Below, piece by piece: positions 1 through 7,524 of a DNA stretch of 64,000 nt; position 1 is the first letter of the stretch, and each line of letters starts with the position of its first letter. Source of the DNA: a bacterium. Its GTDB lineage: Bacteria; JADJOY01. The notes below the pieces were generated by a model. The model searched no databases and was not told the origin of the DNA. It worked only from the letters and a program-made list of their open reading frames with translations. Position numbers and translations under genes: made by a program. The stretch spans positions 62,001-126,000 of the forward strand of contig JAXLQJ010000001.1 of NCBI GenBank assembly GCA_046331705.1. Direction: 5' to 3'.

Positions 1-421
1 CGTGGTACGGGCCGTAGAGGACCAGCGGCGCGCCGCTCGGCAGCACGCGCGCGGCGCCGGCGAGCAGCGCGAGTGTCGCCGTCCACGGCGAGATGTGGAC
101 CATGTTGATGCACACGATCGCGTCCGCGGCGTCGATGGGCCAGGTCTTGGCGCGCACGTCGAGCTCGCGCGGCGCGCGCAGATTCGGGAGAGCCTCGCTC
201 TCGCGCCACGCGGCGATGCTGGCGCGTGACTCGGCGTCGGGGTCGCTGGGTTGCCAGACGATCCCCAGCAGGTGCCGCGCGAAGTGAACCGCGTGCTCGC
301 CCGTGCCGCTCGCGATCTCGAGCACGAGCCCCTCTGTCGGCAGCACGCGCCGCAGCACGTCGAGGATCGGATCGCGATTTCGCGCCGTCGCCGGAGCGCG
401 GAGGCGAGCGTCGCGCGGCAT
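1..421 (-). CDS. DUF938-family class I SAM-dependent methyltransferase (3' end runs off the window)
   Basis: Manual translation from ATG at 421: MPRDARLRAPATARNRDPIL...VLEIASGTGEHAVHF...WQPSD...CINMVHISPW...LYGPY, all typical DUF938 motifs. Start overlaps the upstream stop (TGATG). Confidence 0.85.
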   Translation of the reverse strand, partial: MPRDARLRAPATARNRDPILDVLRRVLPTEGLVLEIASGTGEHAVHFARHLLGIVWQPSDPDAESRASIAAWRESEALPNLRAPRELDVRAKTWPIDAADAIVCINMVHISPWTATLALLAGAARVLPSGAPLVLYGPYH

Positions 422-2295
422 CACAGCCCCTCGAGCCCCGCGCCTTCCCAGAGGCGCGCCGAGGTTTCCGCCACCAAGTCGATGACGCCGAGCCCGAGGC
501 TCGTGACACCGGTGATCGCGACGCTCCCGTCCGCGTTCACGGCGAGATCGCCGACCGGCTCGGTGAGATGCGAGAGCGAGAGAAAAGCACCGTCGCGGAG
601 ATCGATGCCGTAGAGGCCCTGCCCGCTCGCCAGCACGAGCAAATCCTGGCGCGGATCGAGCGTCATCGCGTTGGATCCGAAGGCATCGAGCACGGTGAGG
701 CCATGGCCGGCGATCGGTGCCGCATAAAGGCGATCGCCGAGGATGTAGGCGGTCGAGCAATCGCGGCTCATCACCAGCCGGCCGTTTCCGGGGCCGGCCA
801 TGAACGTCTGCGCGGCGTCCGAGGTCGGGCCGAGCGTGCGCACCCGCACGAGCGCGCGATCGCGCAGCTCGTAGAGCACGTCGGCGGTCTCGATGCCGTC
901 CGCGGACCACTCCGTGCCGAGCGCGAAGAGTCGCCCCGCTTCACAGCTGCTCACGTCGGAGACGTGCGTCCGGTCCGCCGTGATGCCCTTGGTGATGCGC
1001 CCCGTGGCGACCTCGAGGGCGTCCACCCGCGCATCGCCGAGGCGATACGGCGGGAAGTACGAGAAGCCCGTCGGCGACACCGTGAGCCAGAGCGTCGCGC
1101 CGCCGGCCGCCGAAGTGAACGCGGAAACCGGCTCTCCGAACGCGCTGCCTCCGGGAAGCAGATCCTCGAACGCTCCAGTGCCGAGATCGACGCGAAACGG
1201 ACCCCGCGAGGCGTTGGGGCCGCCGAAGACGAACGCCGAGCCTGGGCGATCCCCTTGGGCGACGTGACTGATGCCCGCGCCGCCTTCGGCGATGCGCCGC
1301 GCTTCCCGCGTCGCGGTGTCGTACTGAAAGACTCCCGATGGCGTTCCGAACCACACGCTCGTGCAATCGCCCACTGCGGTCGCGGGGCCACCGGGTGCGC
1401 GCAGCTCGGAGATCGCCGTGGTGGTGTCGAAGGAGTCGAGCCGGTCGAGGGTCGTCGGATCGAACGCGTCGTAGAGCACCGTCGCGTACGTGCCCTCCGC
1501 GGTCGCCCCCGAGAAGGACTCGTGCGCCCGGAAGAGACGCGTGCCACCACAACCGATGGCCAGAGCTTCCTGCCGATACCCCACGCTCTGAACGATCGTC
1601 TCCTCGGTTTCCCGCTCGCAGCGGCTCAGATTCGCGTAGGAACCGGTGTGTGGACCCGGGCCGATCACCGCCTGCTGGTACGTCGCGCGGCCCGAGGGAT
1701 CGATCAGCGCGGCAGGGAAGTCCGCGCAGCCATCGAGCCGCTCGCGACCGCCGTCGGCGAAGTCGATGCGATCCACACCGTCGCGCCAGGTGAAAGCACC
1801 CGCGCCCGCGGAATCGACGAAGAAGCCGCTGCCGGCGAAGCCGCGCTCGAGCACGAGCTGCCACTCGCTGCGCGCCGCCCCGAAGCGGTAGACGGCGCCG
1901 CTCAGCACCGGCTCCCCATACGGCGGTTGGGGCTCACCAGCATGTCCGACGACGGCGAACGCACCACCGCCGATCGGATCGGCCTCGACGGCCTCGACCG
2001 GCACACCAGCAAGCGGCGAGTCGAGGCGCACGATCGCACCGGTATTCAGGTCCACCAGCGCCACGCGCCCCGCTGCCCGCTCGAACACCAGCAGCGTTTG
2101 GCCGTCGGCGAGCGGAACGATCGTCCACGGACGCGCGAGCCCGCGTCCGGGCGCCGTCGCGAACTCGACCGGTTGCGCGGGAAGGACGAGCGGGGCGCCG
2201 CTCTCGCCGGAGCTACACGCGGCGGCGACGATCAGCGTCGCGAGACAGGCAACGCGGTGGCACGGCGAACGACGAGCACGCGAACGAGGGTCCAT
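421..2295 (-). CDS. Putative lipoprotein with beta-rich, propeller-like repeats
   Basis: C-terminal 624 aa of ORF 421..3798. ATG 2295 has a GGAGG RBS, the signal peptide ends in lipobox AAAC-SS, and there are repeated beta-strand motifs such as 'VDLxTG'. Confidence 0.65.
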   Translation of the reverse strand: MDPRSRARRSPCHRVACLATLIVAAACSSGESGAPLVLPAQPVEFATAPGRGLARPWTIVPLADGQTLLVFERAAGRVALVDLNTGAIVRLDSPLAGVPVEAVEADPIGGGAFAVVGHAGEPQPPYGEPVLSGAVYRFGAARSEWQLVLERGFAGSGFFVDSAGAGAFTWRDGVDRIDFADGGRERLDGCADFPAALIDPSGRATYQQAVIGPGPHTGSYANLSRCERETEETIVQSVGYRQEALAIGCGGTRLFRAHESFSGATAEGTYATVLYDAFDPTTLDRLDSFDTTTAISELRAPGGPATAVGDCTSVWFGTPSGVFQYDTATREARRIAEGGAGISHVAQGDRPGSAFVFGGPNASRGPFRVDLGTGAFEDLLPGGSAFGEPVSAFTSAAGGATLWLTVSPTGFSYFPPYRLGDARVDALEVATGRITKGITADRTHVSDVSSCEAGRLFALGTEWSADGIETADVLYELRDRALVRVRTLGPTSDAAQTFMAGPGNGRLVMSRDCSTAYILGDRLYAAPIAGHGLTVLDAFGSNAMTLDPRQDLLVLASGQGLYGIDLRDGAFLSLSHLTEPVGDLAVNADGSVAITGVTSLGLGVIDLVAETSARLWEGAGLEGL

Positions 2296-2441
2296 CGGGA
2301 CCTCCGAAATGCGTTTCCGTCCGCGGGAGATCGGATGGCGTGGCTGACTGCATGTCTCGACGTATAGCACCGCACGGCGCGAGCGATCGCCTCCGGCCGC
2401 GACGGTGCGCGGCCCGCCAGGCGCTCGGTGCAACCCGACCG

Positions 2442-4601
2442 CTAGGGGATCTCGACGGGCACTTCGAGCGGTGCGGCGCCGAGCGACTCGAACCAGAAAT
2501 GGCCTTCCTTCAAGAGCCCCACGCGGGCGGTGTAGCGGCCCGCGGGAAGGCCGTCGGCGGCGACCGAGAACGCCACCTCGCGACTCTCGGCGGGAGCGAG
2601 CGGCGGGTCGAAGTACACGCGCTCTCGATCGCGGACGCACGCACCGGTGGCCGTGTCGAACCAGCGGATCCCGACGCCCGAGCGGCCGAGGAGCGCGCCC
2701 GTGCCGTCGAGCGACGCGCCGTCGGGACCGCGCACCCGTGCTCGAATGGACACGCTCCCATCCGCGGCGACCGACACCGGCGCGACCAGCTCGAGCCGCG
2801 CCGTCGCGAGCGTCGAGCCCTCGACCTCCACGTTCCACTCGACCGGTGGCGCGCCCAGATCCGCCAACCAGAAGCACGCCTCGCGCACCAGATCGACCCT
2901 GCAGCGATAGGAGCCCGCGGGCAACAGCGCGACGTTCGCCGCCAGCGACACGTCGCGGATCTCGCCCGGTGCGAGCGGCGGCGTCAGCGCGGCGCGATCG
3001 GATGCGCGCACTTCTTCGCCGGTGTCGGCGCGAAACCAACGCACGCCGACGGCGATGCGTCCCCATCCGGAAGCCGCGGCTTCGTTGCTGTCGATCGACG
3101 ACGTGGCGTGACCGCGAACGCGGATCGGAATCACCAGATCCTCGGGTCCGCGAGCGGTGGCCGGCTTGGTCGGCACCTCGACGATGGGCTCGGCATGCGG
3201 CTCGCCGGCGACTTCCAGATCCCATTCGATGGGCTTCACGTCGAGATCGCGGAACCACCAGAGCCCGTGGCGCACCAGGTCGACCTCGAGGTGGTAGCGC
3301 CCCGGCTCGCGCGGTACGAGGCCGATCAGCGTGAGATCGACGCTCTCGCCGGCCGCGACGGTCTCGCTCATGCCGATCTGCGCGAAGGTGTCGTCCAGCG
3401 CTCGTCCCGATGCGTCGGAGAGCCGCGCGCACAGGTAGACCTTGCGATACGGCTGGTTTCCCGCCGCCAGCCACGGCATCTCGCCGGTGTTGGTGGCGCG
3501 AAAGCGCGCCACGAAGAGCTCGCCAGGGCGCGCGCGCGCCGGCAGCTCGCGCGCCTCGATCCGCGCATCCCACACCAGCGCGTTGGGCAGCTTGCGGCCG
3601 CCCTCGATGAGCGCGTGGCGCAGGTTCTCGTACTCGGGCTTGCCGGGGTAGTAGCGCTCCGAGGGGAAGCCGAGCGGCTGATCGGTGGTCGCGAACGTGA
3701 GCCGATCCACCCCCAGCTCGCGTGCCAGTCGGCGCGCCTTGTCGAGCTCCTCGTCCGAGTCGTTCCAGCGGAAGAGGATGTAGTTCCAGATGATCCACGG
3801 GAAGAGCAAGCCTCGACGCTCACGCTCTTCCACGACGTCGTGGATGGCCTTCAGGACCTTGTCGAGCTTTCCGCGCTTCCGGTAGGTCTCGTAGACCTCC
3901 TGGGTGGCGCCGTCGACCGAGAACTGGACCTCGTTGATCCCCGAGTCCACCAGCGCCGCCACCTTCTCCGGCTTGTCGAAGTAGTGGCCGTTGGTGCTGG
4001 TCCAGATCCAGATCTTCGGGTTCACGTCCTTCGCGTACTTGAGCATCCGGAACGCGTCTTTGTGCAGGAAGCTCTCGCCGTAGTTGTAGAAGACCATGCG
4101 CTCGATGTGCGGCCCGACCTCGTCGATCACCTTCTTGTAGAGATCGAAGGGCAGCATCCGCTCGACGCGCGTGTCGTAGACCTCGACCTCGCACGCCGGC
4201 TGCGGGCAGCGCAGATTGCAGATGATCGTGGGCTCGACGTAGAGGACTTGCGGGTAGGTCTGCGGGACGAGCGGCAGATTCGGCGGCTCGTAGCCGCCGT
4301 CGTGCACTTCCATGAGCCCGCACTTGTAGCAAAACGCCGGCGGGCGATTGGCGTGCATGCCGCGCCGCATGCGCTGGAAGCCGCCGCCTTGCCAGATCTC
4401 GAGAGCGCTCTGGCTCGCGACGTGGCCCATCTTGTTCTCGTTGCGGGCGTCGCCGCAGCCACACACGACCGTGCCGTCGCAGGTGAGCACCAGCGTGCGC
4501 CACGGCCACAGGCAGAACATGCGTTTGCCTTCGTAGCTCACGCCGAAGCGGTTGAGCTGCGCCGGGCCTTCGGCAACGGTATTGAGCTGTGTGAGACTCA
4601 T
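2442..4601 (-). CDS. Radical SAM protein: N-terminal SPASM/Twitch-like domain, rSAM core, three C-terminal Ig-like repeats
   Basis: N-terminal FCLWPW...DGTVVCGC...CYKC; core YVEPTIICNLRCPQPAC, YNYGESFLH, STNG, FSVDGATQEVY; three repeats ending GxY...LxxxxxxW(F/L)xxL. ATG 4601 has a GAGG RBS. Confidence 0.85.
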   Translation of the reverse strand: MSLTQLNTVAEGPAQLNRFGVSYEGKRMFCLWPWRTLVLTCDGTVVCGCGDARNENKMGHVASQSALEIWQGGGFQRMRRGMHANRPPAFCYKCGLMEVHDGGYEPPNLPLVPQTYPQVLYVEPTIICNLRCPQPACEVEVYDTRVERMLPFDLYKKVIDEVGPHIERMVFYNYGESFLHKDAFRMLKYAKDVNPKIWIWTSTNGHYFDKPEKVAALVDSGINEVQFSVDGATQEVYETYRKRGKLDKVLKAIHDVVEERERRGLLFPWIIWNYILFRWNDSDEELDKARRLARELGVDRLTFATTDQPLGFPSERYYPGKPEYENLRHALIEGGRKLPNALVWDARIEARELPARARPGELFVARFRATNTGEMPWLAAGNQPYRKVYLCARLSDASGRALDDTFAQIGMSETVAAGESVDLTLIGLVPREPGRYHLEVDLVRHGLWWFRDLDVKPIEWDLEVAGEPHAEPIVEVPTKPATARGPEDLVIPIRVRGHATSSIDSNEAAASGWGRIAVGVRWFRADTGEEVRASDRAALTPPLAPGEIRDVSLAANVALLPAGSYRCRVDLVREACFWLADLGAPPVEWNVEVEGSTLATARLELVAPVSVAADGSVSIRARVRGPDGASLDGTGALLGRSGVGIRWFDTATGACVRDRERVYFDPPLAPAESREVAFSVAADGLPAGRYTARVGLLKEGHFWFESLGAAPLEVPVEIP

Positions 4602-4646
4602 CGAGACCTCGAACCGAGCGCCGGGAGGCGCCGATCCGAGGAGGTT

Positions 4647-5354
4647 ATGCGCCACCACGATCCCCGTCCAACCAACCTCACCGCTTGGCTGCTCTTGGCG
4701 GCCGTCACCTTCGTGCCGGGTCGGGCCGCCAACGCCGGCGAGACCTATCGCCGCGTCCAGCTGGTGCCACGCGACGAAGCCGCCGCGGACCCCTCGTTCG
4801 CAGCCTTCCGCGCCAAGCTCGACGCGGCCATCGCCGCGAAGGACGCGGATTTCCTGCGCTCGATCCTGGCGCCCGACGTCCTGCTCACCTTCGGCGGCGA
4901 GAGCGGCCCGAACGCCTTCTTCGAGCGCTGGCGGCCAGCGGCCGACGACTCGGAGCTCTGGTCGCTGCTCACCGAGCTGCTCCGCCTGGGCTCGACTCTG
5001 AGCACGGACGCGGACGCGGCCGACGCGACGTACCCCTTCTACTTCGAATCGTTCCCGGACGACTTCGACGGATTCACCAGCGGCGTCATCACGGGCAGCA
5101 ACGTCAACGTCCGGGAGCACCCCGACGCCGCGTCCGCGGTGATCGCTCGGCTCAGCCACGACGTCGTCGTCGTCCCCGACTGGGGCGAAGCCGCCGCGGA
5201 TCGCCCCGCCTCGCCGTGGGTCCGCGTCGCGCTCCACGATGGATCGGCTGGCTACGTATCGCGCAAGCTGATCCGTTCTCCGGCCGGTTACCGGCTCGGC
5301 TTCCACCGAGCCGGTGACCGGTGGATGCTCACGTTCCTGATCGCTGGCGATTGA
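4647..5354 (+). CDS. Exported SH3b-domain protein
   Basis: GAGGAGG RBS, signal peptide (AANA), and a C-terminal bacterial SH3 pattern GSNVNVREHP...WVRVALHDGSAGYVS. Confidence 0.8.
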   Translation: MRHHDPRPTNLTAWLLLAAVTFVPGRAANAGETYRRVQLVPRDEAAADPSFAAFRAKLDAAIAAKDADFLRSILAPDVLLTFGGESGPNAFFERWRPAADDSELWSLLTELLRLGSTLSTDADAADATYPFYFESFPDDFDGFTSGVITGSNVNVREHPDAASAVIARLSHDVVVVPDWGEAAADRPASPWVRVALHDGSAGYVSRKLIRSPAGYRLGFHRAGDRWMLTFLIAGD

Positions 5355-5367
5355 TGCGTCCTCGCCG

Positions 5368-6246
5368 ATGAGCTTGATCGCGGAGCTGGCACGAAGGGTG
5401 GTGCGCTTCGACGGGGCGATGGGGACGATGTTGCTCGATCGCGGCCTCGGGCTCGGCACGCCGCCCGAGCGCTGGGTGCTGGATCGGGCCGACGAGGTGC
5501 TCGCGGTGCATCGCGCGTACATCGACGCAGGCGCCGAGGTGCTCACGACCTGTACGTTCGGCGCGAATGCGATCCACCTCGCGCGAGCTGGGCTCGCCGA
5601 GCGCGGCGAGGAGATCTGTCGGCGCGCCGTCGCGCTGGCCCGCGAGGCGGGCGGCGGCCATTGCTGGATCGCCGGCGATCTGGGGCCGATCTGGCCGCCG
5701 GCAGGCGCCGCGAACGCGCCGAGCGCGAGCGAGCGCACGGAGGCCTACGCCGAGCACGCACGCTGGCTGGCCGCGGCCGGCGCGGATGTGCTGCTGGTCG
5801 AGACGCAGCTCGCTCTCGACGAGGCTCGGACGGCGCTCGCCGCGGCACGTGCGACCGGACGACCGGTGATCGTCACGATGACCTACGGCACGCCGGAACG
5901 GCTCGCCGACGCCGCGCTGGCGGGCGCGGAGGCGGCCTCGCTGGAGCGCGCAGGCGCCGCGGCGGTGGGCGCCAACTGCATGCTCACCGCCGAGCACCTC
6001 CGTCCGGTCGTCGTGGGCATGGTGAAGACGACCGCGCTGCCGGTCGTCGCGCGGCCCAACGCGGGCCAGCCGCGGCGCACCGGCGATGGGCGCTTCGTCT
6101 ACGAGGAGACTCCGCAAGGATTCGCGCGAGGGATCGCCGCGCTGGCGGAGGCCGGCGCGCACGGCGTGGGCGGTTGCTGCGGGACGACGCCGGCGATGAT
6201 CGCCGCCGCGCGAACCGCGCTCAGCTCAGCGCGAGCGGGATCTTGA
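5368..6246 (+). CDS. Homocysteine S-methyltransferase family protein (stand-alone Hcy-binding domain)
   Basis: FDGAMGTML, HRAYIDAGA, TFGAN, LLVET, Zn ligands GANC and GGCCGT, PNAG. Confidence 0.9.
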   Translation: MSLIAELARRVVRFDGAMGTMLLDRGLGLGTPPERWVLDRADEVLAVHRAYIDAGAEVLTTCTFGANAIHLARAGLAERGEEICRRAVALAREAGGGHCWIAGDLGPIWPPAGAANAPSASERTEAYAEHARWLAAAGADVLLVETQLALDEARTALAAARATGRPVIVTMTYGTPERLADAALAGAEAASLERAGAAAVGANCMLTAEHLRPVVVGMVKTTALPVVARPNAGQPRRTGDGRFVYEETPQGFARGIAALAEAGAHGVGGCCGTTPAMIAAARTALSSARAGS

Positions 6247-7375
6247 TGCGGAACGTGGTTCCGACGCCTTCGGCGCTCTCGCACTCGATGGTGCCGCCGT
6301 GGCCCTCGATGATGATGCGACAGATCTCGAGGCCGAGCCCGGTGCCCGCGGAGCGCGTCGAGAAGAACGGCTCGAAGACCCGCGCGCGCACCTCGGCCGG
6401 CATGCCGCGCCCGGTGTCCTCCACCTCGACACAGGCCTGTGAACCGAGCACGAAGCTCCGGAACGAGATCCGGCCCCCTTCCTCGGTGGCATCGACGGCG
6501 TTCTGCAGCAAGTTCCAGAGCACGCGCCAGAGCTTGCGAGGCGCGACCTCGCAGGGCAGCGAGACCGACGGCTCGAGATCGAGTCGGCGCGTCTGGTCGA
6601 TGGTGCCGCCGCGCATGTCGTTCACGAAGCCGCGCACCACCTCGGCCAAGTCCGCCCGCTCGAGCTGATACGAAAGCGGGCGGCCCTCCGCCACCATCAT
6701 GAGCTCGCTCGAGAGCTCGTGGATGCCGTGCACCGCTTGATCGAGCAGACGCCGGACGGTGCTGCCAGCGGGCCCCAGGTCGGCGAGACCGGCGAGCCCG
6801 ACGACCGCCGTGAGGTAGTTGCGGATGTCGTGGGCGAAGCCGGACGCGAGCCGTCCCGCCAGCGCCAGCTTCTCCGCCCGCACCAGGCTCTCGCGCGCGG
6901 TGTTGAGCTCGCGCAGCGTGTACTCGAGATGGCGATTGCGCAGCGCCAGCTCCTCGAGCAAGTGGCGGTTCTCGCGCGCCAGCCGGCGGCGCTCGAGCGC
7001 CTCCGAGATTTCCTGCCGCAGCACCGCCGGGTTGCACGGCTTGAGCAGGAAGCGCAGCACCTCGCCTTCGTTGATGGCGCGCAACATCGCGTCGGGCTCG
7101 TTGTAGGCGGTGAGCACGATGCGCACGATGTCGGGATCGCGCTCGCGGATGCGCGCCAGCAGATCGGTGCCGCGCACGCCGGGCATGCGCTCGTCGGTGA
7201 GCACCAGGTCCACCGGATGCTCGTCGAGGATGCGCTGCGCCTCGGAGGCATCCGCGGCCGTGAGGACCTCGTACTCGCGGCCCAGGATCACCATCATCGT
7301 CTGGCGCAACGGCTCTTCGTCGTCGACGACCAGAATGCGAGCGCGGGGCATGGAAGGGGGCGGCGGGGGGGTCAT
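6221..7375 (-). CDS. Cytoplasmic REC-HisKA-HATPase hybrid protein
   Basis: ILVVDDE, LTDERMP, FLLKP receiver motifs; H-box FAHDIRNYL; NLLQNA, DTGRGM, FEPFFST, GTGLGL. Confidence 0.92.
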   Translation of the reverse strand: MTPPPPPSMPRARILVVDDEEPLRQTMMVILGREYEVLTAADASEAQRILDEHPVDLVLTDERMPGVRGTDLLARIRERDPDIVRIVLTAYNEPDAMLRAINEGEVLRFLLKPCNPAVLRQEISEALERRRLARENRHLLEELALRNRHLEYTLRELNTARESLVRAEKLALAGRLASGFAHDIRNYLTAVVGLAGLADLGPAGSTVRRLLDQAVHGIHELSSELMMVAEGRPLSYQLERADLAEVVRGFVNDMRGGTIDQTRRLDLEPSVSLPCEVAPRKLWRVLWNLLQNAVDATEEGGRISFRSFVLGSQACVEVEDTGRGMPAEVRARVFEPFFSTRSAGTGLGLEICRIIIEGHGGTIECESAEGVGTTFRIKIPLALS

Positions 7376-7524
7376 GGAGTCACGGTCCTATGCCGAGCCG
7401 CGATGCGTCGAGCAGGCATCGTGCGGCTCGCCGGGGGTCGTCGATCGACGAGCTCGAATCCTCGCGCGGGCGGCGGCGAGCACGTTCGCGCGGCGCATCC
7501 TTTTCCCCTAGCCGTCGGCGCGCG

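Noticed and set aside
226-2367. Long plus-strand ORF, and similar long ORFs at 10356..13706, 18355..20931, 23024..25558, 32516..35890, 49345..51366 and 55039..59088
   Set aside because: Antisense shadows of well-supported genes. They are Arg/Ala-rich, have no motifs, and are expected at this GC content.
2296-5738. N-terminal extensions of ORFs 421..3798, 2340..5354 and 2442..5738; likewise 7525..12315, 51374..53002 and 59225..61708
   Set aside because: The extensions overlap other real genes. Internal starts with an RBS or signal peptide explain the coding parts.
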